Source: a virus
Lineage: Duplodnaviria; Heunggongvirae; Uroviricota; Caudoviricetes
Direction: 5' to 3' (one strand)
IMG/VR virus record: IMGVR_UViG_2778261393_000006
DNA: 40,899 bases
Numbering within the stretch: the first letter of the stretch is position 1; each line of letters begins with the position of its first letter. Positions 26,332-34,682 of the stretch are shown one piece after another. The notes below the pieces were generated by a model. The model saw only the letters and a program-made list of their open reading frames with translations, was not told the DNA's origin and searched no databases. Position numbers and translations under genes: made by a program.

Positions 26332-27738
26332 ATGGCTGATATATCAACACCCAACCTCGACTATAACGATATGCTGGAGGCGTGGGATATTAACGACGCA
26401 CTGATGGGCGGTACGCTTGAAATGCGCAGGCAGGGGGAAAATTATCTCCCAAAATGGCCTAACGAAGATGAAGACGCTTATAAAAAACGCCTGTCTGTGG
26501 CTACGCTACTTCCTGTGTATGAAGAAAGCATCAAGCAAAATATTGGGCGCATATTTGCAGAGCCGACAGTATTGAGTGAGGAAACGCCGGCAAAAATCAG
26601 GGAATATGCAGAAAATATCGACATGGAGGGGAGCCGACTGGATGTGTGGGCGCAGCAATTTTTCAGCCTCGCATTTCAGTATGGTGTGGCACATGCGCTG
26701 GTGGACTATCCACGAACGGATATGAAAGAGATTCGGACAAAAGCCGATGAAAACGCGGCCGGTGGTCGTCCGTACGTTACGATGCTGAATCCACGCCAGG
26801 TTATTGGATGGAAATCGAAAGTTGAAAAAGGGAAAGTTGTTCTCACTGATTTGCGTATAAAAGAGGTCATCATTATTGATGGTGATGATTTCGGGCAGAA
26901 GAAGGTGGAGCAGATCCGCCATATTATGCCCCGTCGAGTTGAAATTTATCGACGTAGCGAAGGCACTAATGGCGAATCTGTCTGGACGCTTCATGAGTCA
27001 TGGAATACCAGCCGTGATGATATTCCTCTGGTAACACTGTACACGAAGAAAACAGGATTTATGCGTGGTACACCGCCATTGCTTAATCTTGGCTTGCTGA
27101 ATATCAAGCACTGGCAAAGCCAGAGCGAGCAGGACAATATTCTTCATGTTGCCCGCGTTCCATTGCTGGTGGCCTACGGGCTGGACAGGAATGAAGAACT
27201 GACGGTTGGTGCATCCACCGCTACGATTTTTGAGGACAGAACAAAAAATGGCCTCGAATATGTTGAACATAGTGGCGCAGCGATAGAATCTGGCGAAACA
27301 TCACTTGAGAAGCTGGAAAATCAGATGCGTCATGCCGGCGCTAAACTTCTGCGTGCTGAAAATACATCCACCAAATCTGTTGATCAGACTAATGAAGAGC
27401 GAATGCAGGAAAACTCGCCGCTTTATACAATGGCGAACTCCCTCGAAGATGCCCTCGATAATATTCTCCAGATAATGGCGGAATGGATCGGAGAGAGTTG
27501 CGGTGGCAATGTGGATGTGCGCACTGAACTGGATGTATCTGCCCAGGTGTTTGACTCATCCTCCGCGCTGGCTGTTCAGTCATTGCGTCAGGGCGGTGAT
27601 ATACGTCAGATTGATGCGGTTCGGGTGTTGCAGGCGTTGAAATTTATCGATCAGGATTCCCGTCCAGAGGAAGTGATCGATGAATTAAAAAATCAGAGTG
27701 TAATGCTGATGGAAATCAATGATGCAAACCGTGAATGA
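26332..27738 (+). CDS. Portal protein (putative)
   Basis: 468-aa ORF directly after terL and before a head-morphogenesis (Mu F/SPP1 gp7-like) gene; assignment by synteny and size. Confidence 0.6.
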   Translation: MADISTPNLDYNDMLEAWDINDALMGGTLEMRRQGENYLPKWPNEDEDAYKKRLSVATLLPVYEESIKQNIGRIFAEPTVLSEETPAKIREYAENIDMEGSRLDVWAQQFFSLAFQYGVAHALVDYPRTDMKEIRTKADENAAGGRPYVTMLNPRQVIGWKSKVEKGKVVLTDLRIKEVIIIDGDDFGQKKVEQIRHIMPRRVEIYRRSEGTNGESVWTLHESWNTSRDDIPLVTLYTKKTGFMRGTPPLLNLGLLNIKHWQSQSEQDNILHVARVPLLVAYGLDRNEELTVGASTATIFEDRTKNGLEYVEHSGAAIESGETSLEKLENQMRHAGAKLLRAENTSTKSVDQTNEERMQENSPLYTMANSLEDALDNILQIMAEWIGESCGGNVDVRTELDVSAQVFDSSSALAVQSLRQGGDIRQIDAVRVLQALKFIDQDSRPEEVIDELKNQSVMLMEINDANRE

Positions 27739-28834
27739 ACGGCTGCGTGATGAATCAATTGCTCATGCAGTCTGGATATCCCGCTATAGCACTGGCGTGG
27801 CTGCCAGAATGGTGAAAATACTGAATGACAGCGATGCGGAACTTACTGCTCGCCTGCTGATAGCACTGGACAGCCTCGATCCAGGTAGTTTTACCGTTAA
27901 GCGCCTGGAGTCACTTCTGGCGAGCGTCAGAGAGGTTAACCGCACTGCTATTAACAGCATGTTTACCAGTCTCTCCGGAGAGCTGAACGAGCTGGCAATT
28001 TATGAGGCTGGTTATCAGTTAAGTCTGTTTGATTCTATGCTACCTGATTTTGTTGCTGATGTTCACCCTCTGGTTGGTATCTCTCCTGATGCACTTTATG
28101 CCGCTGCAATGGCGCGACCATTCCAGGGACGACTGCTCAGTGAGTGGGCCTCAGATCTTGAAGCGGATCGGCTCAGACGCATAACAAATACAGTGCGTCA
28201 GGGTTTTTTGCTGGGGGATACCAATGAGCAGATCGCAAGAAAAATTCGGGGACATGTCAGTAAGGGATTTCAGGATGGTGCATTGCAGATGAGCCGGGCT
28301 AATGCGGCCAGCATTGCAAAAACAGCGGTTGGACATCTTGCTGCTACTGCCCGTGAGAGTTTTGCCAGCGCGAATAATGATTTGATTAAGGGTAAGCAAT
28401 GGTTATCAACGCTTGATAATCGTACTACGCCACAATGTCGAATCAGGGATCGCCTCAAATATACGCTGAATAATAAACCTGTAGGTCACAGCGTGCCTTA
28501 TTTGCAGGGGCCGGGAAAAATTCATTTCTGCTGCCGCTCAACGGAAACGTTCATTCTGAAATCAGCGAAGGAACTGGGTATTGATGTTCGCGATATTTCC
28601 CCGGCTGAGCGGGCCAGCATGGATGGCGTGGTGGCCGGAGATACAACCTACAGGGAATGGTTTTTGCGTCAGCCTTACACCAGACAAAAACAGATTGTGG
28701 GGGAAACCCGAGCAAAGCTGATTCGGGATGGTGGTATGTCGCCAGATGAATTTTACACCGATAAAGGCGAATGGCTGACGCTGAAGCAGCTCCGTGAGCG
28801 TGATGCACAGGTATTCAGAAAAGCAGGGATTTAA
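27719..28834 (+). CDS. Head morphogenesis protein (SPP1 gp7 / Mu F-like)
   Basis: 371-aa ORF; synteny after portal; sequence features reminiscent of Phage_Mu_F family from memory. Confidence 0.6.
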   Translation: MMQTVNERLRDESIAHAVWISRYSTGVAARMVKILNDSDAELTARLLIALDSLDPGSFTVKRLESLLASVREVNRTAINSMFTSLSGELNELAIYEAGYQLSLFDSMLPDFVADVHPLVGISPDALYAAAMARPFQGRLLSEWASDLEADRLRRITNTVRQGFLLGDTNEQIARKIRGHVSKGFQDGALQMSRANAASIAKTAVGHLAATARESFASANNDLIKGKQWLSTLDNRTTPQCRIRDRLKYTLNNKPVGHSVPYLQGPGKIHFCCRSTETFILKSAKELGIDVRDISPAERASMDGVVAGDTTYREWFLRQPYTRQKQIVGETRAKLIRDGGMSPDEFYTDKGEWLTLKQLRERDAQVFRKAGI

Positions 28835-28853
28835 ATAAATCATTTATTACAAC

Positions 28854-28879
28854 AGGCTACCTTCGGGTGGCCTTTTTTA
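28854..28879 (+). terminator. Rho-independent terminator after head-morphogenesis gene
   Basis: Stem AGGCTACC / GGTGGCCT (8 bp incl. one G-U) with TTCG tetraloop followed by TTTTTT; begins 20 bp after the stop codon. Confidence 0.55.
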
Positions 28880-28938
28880 TTGCTGCGATCCGGATGGTGA
28901 GCAGCGTAACTGTCGGAAGACTTAAACCAGGTACTAAT

Positions 28939-29703
28939 ATGAAACTGAAAACGGTCGAGATTAACGGAAAACAATACGCAGAAATTGATACTGCTGGCCT
29001 GCCAGTTTATGTGCACGACGATGGTAAAGAAATTGGCTTCGATGCACCGCTGGCGACAAAAAAAATTACAGAGCTTAATGGCGAGGCAAAAAATCATCGC
29101 CTGGCTAAAGAAGCTGCAGAGGAAAAACTGGCTAAGTTTGCCGCTATCGAAGACCCGAAGAAGGCGATCGAGGCACTGGAAATGCTGTCAAAAATCGACC
29201 AGAAAAAGCTGCTCGATGCGGGACAGGTTGACCAGGTTAAGGCAGAAATTACGAAAAATTTTCAGCAGCAATTAGATGAAGAAAAGCAACGCTCTCAGAT
29301 GCTGGAGAAGCAGCTTTACGATTCTATGATTGGCGGTAGTTTTGCGGGTTCAAAATATATTGCCGATAAAATTGCGATCCCGGCAGATTTATTACAAGCC
29401 CGCTTCGGGCAGGCATTCAAAGTGGAAGAAGGGAGGATCGTTGCTTATGACGCTTCCGGCAACAAAATTTATTCCCGCGCGAAGCCTGGCGAACTGGCGC
29501 AGTTTGATGAGGCGCTGGAGTTCCTTGTCGAAAATTACCCTCAGAAAGACTACATCCTGAAAGCCAGTGGCAACAATGGCGGCGGCTCCCGTCCGACACA
29601 GCATGATATTGGTCAGAAAACGATGAAACGCTCTGCTTTTGATGCACTGGATGTTGCAGGTAAGCAAAACGCATTGAAAGACGGTATCACAATCGTTGAT
29701 TAA
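28939..29703 (+). CDS. Putative scaffolding protein
   Basis: Start at ATG 28939 (MKLKTVEINGKQYAEID...), because the track's upstream GTG lies inside the terminator hairpin; coiled-coil-rich, located directly before the major capsid gene. Confidence 0.5.
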   Translation: MKLKTVEINGKQYAEIDTAGLPVYVHDDGKEIGFDAPLATKKITELNGEAKNHRLAKEAAEEKLAKFAAIEDPKKAIEALEMLSKIDQKKLLDAGQVDQVKAEITKNFQQQLDEEKQRSQMLEKQLYDSMIGGSFAGSKYIADKIAIPADLLQARFGQAFKVEEGRIVAYDASGNKIYSRAKPGELAQFDEALEFLVENYPQKDYILKASGNNGGGSRPTQHDIGQKTMKRSAFDALDVAGKQNALKDGITIVD

Positions 29704-29801
29704 CACATTTGTCAGCTTCCGGATGGGAGCTGGTGTCAGGGCTGGATAGCTCATTACTCCATCTATTCACAATTACGCAAATTTTTAAGGAATATTTAAT
29801 T

Positions 29802-30941
29802 ATGGCTGGAAATACCCTGACCGGGTTGATCCCGACTATTTATACCGCCCTGGATGTTGTATCCCGTGAGCAGGTAGGTTTTATCCCTGCGGTAGCAAAA
29901 AACGCAAAAGCTGACGCCGCAGCAAAAGATCAGACGGTAACCGCGCCAGTTGCGCCTGAGGCGAAAACCGAAGATATCGTACCGGGGCCGTCAGCTCCGA
30001 ATACCGGTGATCAAAATATTGGCACTGTTGATGTAAAAATTACTAAATCCAAAATGGCACCGGTTAAATGGAATGGTGAAGAACAACTGGCTCTTGGCCC
30101 TTCAGGGACTTACAACACCATTCTGGCTGATCAGTTCAAGCAGGCTTTTCGCGCCCTTGCAAACGAGGTTGAGGCTGATCTTGGTGCGTTGTATTTCGGT
30201 GCTTCCCGCGCCGTGGGAACCGCAGGGACAACGCCGTTTGGTGTTAAAGATGATCTTTCTGATGCTGCTCTGGCTCGTCAGGTTCTGGAGGATAACGGCG
30301 CACCGACAACCGATCTGCAGATGGTGCTTGGCTCCACTGCCATTGCTAATTTGCGCGGAAAACAGTCTGTATTGTTTAAAGTGAATGAATCCGGCACTGA
30401 ACAGCTACTGCGTGAGGGCGTGTTGGGGCGTCTGGAGGGATTCAATATTCACAGTTCGGCAGGTGTGAAACGAGCGCCAAAGGTTGCTGCAACTGGTTAT
30501 CTCGTGAATGGAGAGAAAAAAGAAGGCGATGTTCTTATTTCCATTGATACTGGTTCGGGGAGTATTTCTGCAGGTCAGATTGTTACGTTCGCTGGTGATC
30601 CGAATCAGTATGTTGTGGCAGCAGCGACCAGCAATCTGATTACTCTTGCAGCGCCCGGACTGCGTCAGGATCTGGCCGATGATACTGCCATCACAGTTGT
30701 TGGGGCCTTTACTGCAAATATGGCGTTTGATCGCAACGCGTTTCTGCTGGCATCCCGTACTCCGGCAATGCCGGAAGGTGGCGATAATGCTGATGATGTA
30801 ATGAATGTTACGGACCCGATTTCAGGGATTACGTTCCAGATTGCACTGTATCGTCAGTATCGCCAGGTGCGCTATGAAGTTGGACTGGCATGGGGTGTTT
30901 CATCAGTGAAGCCGGCACATGGTTGTCTGATTCTTGGTTAA
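29802..30941 (+). CDS. Major capsid protein
   Basis: 379-aa product from MAGNTLTGLIPTIYTALDVV... (start preceded by AAGGAA); position after scaffold, followed by strong terminator; typical size for coat protein. Confidence 0.65.
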   Translation: MAGNTLTGLIPTIYTALDVVSREQVGFIPAVAKNAKADAAAKDQTVTAPVAPEAKTEDIVPGPSAPNTGDQNIGTVDVKITKSKMAPVKWNGEEQLALGPSGTYNTILADQFKQAFRALANEVEADLGALYFGASRAVGTAGTTPFGVKDDLSDAALARQVLEDNGAPTTDLQMVLGSTAIANLRGKQSVLFKVNESGTEQLLREGVLGRLEGFNIHSSAGVKRAPKVAATGYLVNGEKKEGDVLISIDTGSGSISAGQIVTFAGDPNQYVVAAATSNLITLAAPGLRQDLADDTAITVVGAFTANMAFDRNAFLLASRTPAMPEGGDNADDVMNVTDPISGITFQIALYRQYRQVRYEVGLAWGVSSVKPAHGCLILG

Positions 30942-30951
30942 ACATTCAAAC

Positions 30952-30971
30952 GGGGCTTCGGCCCCATTTTT
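30952..30971 (+). terminator. Rho-independent terminator after major capsid gene
   Basis: GGGGC-TTCG-GCCCC hairpin followed by ATTTTT, 11 bp after the capsid stop codon. Confidence 0.5.
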
Positions 30972-30983
30972 AATGGGGGGCAT

Positions 30984-31160
30984 ATGGCCGGATTAACTAA
31001 AGAGCAAAGAGCACAGCGTGAAGCCGCACAAAAAACGCAAATTGAGTTAGTGGTTATGGTGACCGATTATCAGATGTTTCCCGGCGCACCAACTATCGCT
31101 AATGTTCATCCTGATGAAGTTGACAACTGGAAGGCTATGGGCTGGAAAACTCAGGAGTAA
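30984..31160 (+). CDS. Hypothetical small head-module protein (58 aa)
   Basis: Not in track; hand translation MAGLTKEQRAQREAAQKTQIELVVMVTDYQMFPGAPTIANVHPDEVDNWKAMGWKTQE; ATG preceded by GGGGGG; fills the gap between capsid terminator and next gene. Confidence 0.35.
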   Translation: MAGLTKEQRAQREAAQKTQIELVVMVTDYQMFPGAPTIANVHPDEVDNWKAMGWKTQE

Positions 31161-31163
31161 CAC

Positions 31164-31559
31164 ATGATCACTTACGTGACCTGTGATGACGTTGATAATG
31201 CGTTTGGGAACGCCTGGACGAGTGAGAACGCTAAAAATAAAGCTGTTTTAATGGCTAATGCCTGGCTTAATGGCTTCAACCTGAAAATTAACCCATCCCG
31301 TATTCCGGAAGAGGTAAAACTTGCGGGAGCATATGCAGCCAGAATTGCCTCATTCGGTAAGTTGTTTCAGCAGAAAAATGATTCTGGCGTTGTTATCAGT
31401 AAAGCCGTGTCGGCTGACGGGGTCAGTGTATCGAAATCATTTTCTGAGTTGCCAGCAAACAGCACTGCATTGCTTGAACCCGATTTACAGCTTGCGATAG
31501 CACTGCTGAAACAGTACGGACTTAGTCGCTCACAAGTCAGGGTTGTGAGGGGGGGATAA
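31164..31559 (+). CDS. Head-tail connector / adaptor protein (putative)
   Basis: 131-aa ORF first after the capsid gene; assignment by synteny and size only. Confidence 0.45.
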   Translation: MITYVTCDDVDNAFGNAWTSENAKNKAVLMANAWLNGFNLKINPSRIPEEVKLAGAYAARIASFGKLFQQKNDSGVVISKAVSADGVSVSKSFSELPANSTALLEPDLQLAIALLKQYGLSRSQVRVVRGG

Positions 31560-31942
31560 TGGGGCTTCGTGAAGAGATTCAGTCAGAGGTTGCCGCTGCT
31601 TTTGATGAGGATTTAGCGGACGCCGTGAGTGATTTTTCTGGTTCTTACGTTACGCACCGGCACTGGGATCCTGTGACGGAAACTGGCGGCGAATCCACCG
31701 CAATCTATACCGGGCGAGGCGTGTTGACACGTTATAAGCTGGGCAGAATTGATGGTATTAATATTTTGCATGGTGACCTTAAATTAACCGCTCTGGTATG
31801 CGAGGTTACGGATAAACCAGCTGTCGACCATATTATTGAGATTTATGATCCTGTATCAAGGCAGTTACAACGATACGAGGTAATTACAGCAAGTGTAGAT
31901 CCTTCCGCATCAGTTTACTCTATCCAGTTAAGGAGAGCGTAA
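31559..31942 (+). CDS. Head completion / neck protein (putative)
   Basis: 127-aa ORF, start overlaps upstream stop; synteny only. Confidence 0.4.
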   Translation: MGLREEIQSEVAAAFDEDLADAVSDFSGSYVTHRHWDPVTETGGESTAIYTGRGVLTRYKLGRIDGINILHGDLKLTALVCEVTDKPAVDHIIEIYDPVSRQLQRYEVITASVDPSASVYSIQLRRA

Positions 31943-32323
31943 ATGGCAAAGGCATGGGATATAGAACCGTCAATATTTGCCGGGATGATTGAGGAAGATG
32001 TAGGGCTGAAGATTCGCTACATCGCTATTCAGATTCTTACTGCTATTGATATTGCTGCTCCGGTTGATACCGGACGTTTCAGAAATAACAACCTGGTGTC
32101 GTTACAGCATCCCGATTTTGGTATATCTGATAACGTGGATCCGAACGGTACGATTGCTGTTCAGCGTGGGATCGGGGTTATTTCGAAAGCTGCAAATTAC
32201 GGGGTTATTTATATCCAGAATAACCTTCCTTATGCAGAGGCTCTTGAAAACGGTCATTCACAACAAGCGCCAACTGGCGTGTATGCCAACGCTTTTCATG
32301 GTGTTTTACAGGCTTACAAATGA
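31943..32323 (+). CDS. Tail completion / neck protein (putative)
   Basis: 126-aa ORF in head-to-tail joining block; synteny only. Confidence 0.4.
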   Translation: MAKAWDIEPSIFAGMIEEDVGLKIRYIAIQILTAIDIAAPVDTGRFRNNNLVSLQHPDFGISDNVDPNGTIAVQRGIGVISKAANYGVIYIQNNLPYAEALENGHSQQAPTGVYANAFHGVLQAYK

Positions 32324-32712
32324 AGTTTACTGAAATCAGAAATACGGTTATTTCCAGAATGACGGCACAGACGATTATTGATGGAAAAGACGTATTGTAT
32401 CCGAACGGGCCAACGTTCGATCCTTCCGGTAAGTTAATCTGGGCGCGGTTAAGTAATATTCCCGGGCAAGCTGGAGTTAATGAAATTGGCGCGGGGCCGG
32501 TTGTTTATCGCACGGGGATAATCATTATTCAGTTATTTGTCCCCGCAGGTTCTGGTTCAAAACTCATTACTGAGACAGCCGATAAATTGCGGGAACTGTT
32601 TGAGTTTCAGGATGACGATCGTCTCAGTTACCAGGCTGTTTCCTCAATAGCCGTCGGCGAAAAGAATGGCTGGTTCCAGCTTAATCTTCAAATTCCATAT
32701 CGCGCGCTCTAG
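32320..32712 (+). CDS. Tail terminator-like protein (putative)
   Basis: 130-aa ORF immediately upstream of major tail protein; start overlaps upstream stop (ATGA). Confidence 0.4.
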   Translation: MKFTEIRNTVISRMTAQTIIDGKDVLYPNGPTFDPSGKLIWARLSNIPGQAGVNEIGAGPVVYRTGIIIIQLFVPAGSGSKLITETADKLRELFEFQDDDRLSYQAVSSIAVGEKNGWFQLNLQIPYRAL

Positions 32713-32738
32713 CGCAATTAATGACATAGGAGGCTCCT

Positions 32739-33701
32739 GTGAGTTCAGGTGCAAAGGTTATCTCGGCATTTATCCGGGAGACAGTTGCAGGCACTACGCC
32801 AGCAAGTGGTGACTGGAGTTTATTAAAACGCACAAGCTGGGGAGTAAAACCCACCCAGAATAAAGGCGAAAATAATGAGATTGGTGGCTCCCGGATGGCT
32901 CAGGGGGCGACGCCTGGCACTGTGGATGTCGGCGGTGATGTTGGTACCAAATTTCGCTGGGGTCAACATGATGATTTTCTTGCATCCTGTTTCGGCGCGG
33001 AATGGTCAGGCGATTCTCTGACAATGGGGAATGAGCGAATAACATTTTCTCTGGCGACCTATGCGTCCGATGTCGGAATTGCCTCTGTCGTCAGAGGAGC
33101 GCAGGTTGGCTCATGGAAAATGCAGATCCCTAACGACGGCGATATTACAGCGACCGTAACCTTTGCCGGGCTGGGCTGGGAATCAAAGGCCGATGATACG
33201 AATTTTATCAAAGGCGAACCTGTGGATAGTGCAGGAAAGTTACGCTATTCGTTTAAGGCGGTTTCAGCAGTAAGCCTGAATGGTGTTGCCGGAGGTAACG
33301 GTTTTTGTATCGACAGTTTTGATATTCAGTTCGATAACAAACTCCAGACACAGCGTTGTATCGGGACTGGCTCGCCTTATGCAGGAGCAAATATTCCGAC
33401 TACTTTTACACCGTCCGGTACGGTGACGCTTTCATGGTCTAAAGCCGCGTGGGAAATCTGGAGTAAAACACTGACTGGAGAAACAGTTCCGTTCAGCTTC
33501 ACGCTTTCGAATGGAGAGGGGGCATACACTTTCAGTTTCCCGAAGGTTCAGGTGTCAGGTGAATGGCCTGATGGGGGTAATACTGACATTATCCAGGTTC
33601 AATTGAGCATTACCGCAGCAGATGAAGCACCTACGATAACCAGAAAAAAATGCTCCCCGACTGCCGTGATCGCAAAAGCCAGTGCTGATGCGATTAGTTG
33701 A
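32739..33701 (+). CDS. Major tail (tube) protein
   Basis: 320-aa ORF with GGAGG-GTG start; position directly before chaperone (G/GT) genes and tape measure gene. Confidence 0.6.
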   Translation: MSSGAKVISAFIRETVAGTTPASGDWSLLKRTSWGVKPTQNKGENNEIGGSRMAQGATPGTVDVGGDVGTKFRWGQHDDFLASCFGAEWSGDSLTMGNERITFSLATYASDVGIASVVRGAQVGSWKMQIPNDGDITATVTFAGLGWESKADDTNFIKGEPVDSAGKLRYSFKAVSAVSLNGVAGGNGFCIDSFDIQFDNKLQTQRCIGTGSPYAGANIPTTFTPSGTVTLSWSKAAWEIWSKTLTGETVPFSFTLSNGEGAYTFSFPKVQVSGEWPDGGNTDIIQVQLSITAADEAPTITRKKCSPTAVIAKASADAIS

Positions 33702-33713
33702 TTTTCCGTTATT

Positions 33714-33740
33714 CCCCCTGTGGTACTGCACTACAGGGGG
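33714..33740 (+). other. Stem-loop (8-bp perfect stem CCCCCTGT/ACAGGGGG, 11-nt loop) between major tail and chaperone genes
   Basis: Perfect inverted repeat; no U-tract follows, so more likely an mRNA stability or attenuation element than a full terminator. Confidence 0.4.
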
Positions 33741-33749
33741 ACGCATTGA

Positions 33750-34211
33750 ATGAGGTTATGGATGTTTATTCTTAATCAGAAAATTATCATCGGTGGAGAA
33801 CGCTGGTTTACGCCAATGAAGGACTTAAAACCTATAGACGGGTTAAAACTGTTGGTGGCAAGCAGCGATAACGATCAGTATCGCTCCCGTAATGCATTAA
33901 TCCGTCGTCACATTGAGAAAATGGATGCCAGTTTGCACGTCGGAACGAAGGAGTTTGATATTTCAAAGGTTTCCGAGGTAGATTCTGTTGATGATTTACT
34001 CATTGATAATGCTGCTCGTTATCTGCTGAAAGACTGGAAAGGGGTTGGTGAACTGGTTAATGGTGCTGAGGTTGCACTGGAATATACGCCAGAACGAGGG
34101 ATCGCGCTGCTTAAGCAGAATCCAGAGTTGTACTGGCAGATCCTTGCAGAAGCAGCCAGCATCGCCCAGGGTAAAGAGCAGCAGAAGCAGGATACGATAA
34201 AAAAGCCATAG
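33750..34211 (+). CDS. Tail assembly chaperone (lambda G analogue)
   Basis: 153-aa acidic ORF between major tail and tape measure genes; ends ...DTIKKP with slippery A_AAA_AAG three codons before the stop. Confidence 0.6.
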   Translation: MRLWMFILNQKIIIGGERWFTPMKDLKPIDGLKLLVASSDNDQYRSRNALIRRHIEKMDASLHVGTKEFDISKVSEVDSVDDLLIDNAARYLLKDWKGVGELVNGAEVALEYTPERGIALLKQNPELYWQILAEAASIAQGKEQQKQDTIKKP

Positions 34212-34519
34212 CCGCCCAGCGGTGGTTATCGGAGTTCGGGGGAGAAAGGGGGGAAAAGGCAAGATGGAAGCGAGAAAAACTCAGGTTGCCACCGATACCG
34301 GAACCAGAAATAGACCCGGTGCTAAAGGAATTGTTGTACGCCTATTCGGTAATATCCCGTGCCCGACGTTATGCTGGAATGACCGGGGTGCCTTTGCCTT
34401 TATCTCTGACAGAGATAAATGAATATTTAGCCACTCATCCGGTATTGATTGAGCGCGATGAGTTTGAAGCAGTGATCTTTGCACTGGATGACCAGTATTT
34501 TCAGGAGCAGTGTGTGTAG
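33750..34519 (+). CDS. Tail assembly chaperone frameshift fusion product (G-T analogue), -1 programmed frameshift at about 34199-34205
   Basis: Heptamer A_AAA_AAG (ATA AAA AAG in zero frame) at 34199-34205; the -1 frame is open from 34205 through track ORF 34286-34519 with no stop, ending shortly before the tape measure gene. Confidence 0.5.
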
Positions 34520-34642
34520 TTGTTAATTACGTACACTCTGTTACAGAGATGTGATGGTGTCTTTAATTAAATCGATGATGCTCCTGGAGAAAAGCATTGC
34601 GTGGCCTCGTAATCGCTATATCTACTATTATGTCGCCTGAAA

Positions 34643-34662
34643 CCCACTTCGGTGGGCTTTTT
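34643..34662 (+). terminator. Weak terminator-like hairpin upstream of tape measure gene
   Basis: CCCAC-TTCG-GTGGG hairpin followed by CTTTTTGTTGT; only 5-bp stem. Confidence 0.3.
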
Positions 34663-34682
34663 GTTGTCTGGAGTTTTAATAA

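Noticed and set aside
28867-28938. GTG start of the track ORF for the scaffold-like gene
   Set aside because: This start codon lies inside the stem of the terminator hairpin that follows the head-morphogenesis gene, so I preferred the downstream ATG at 28939.
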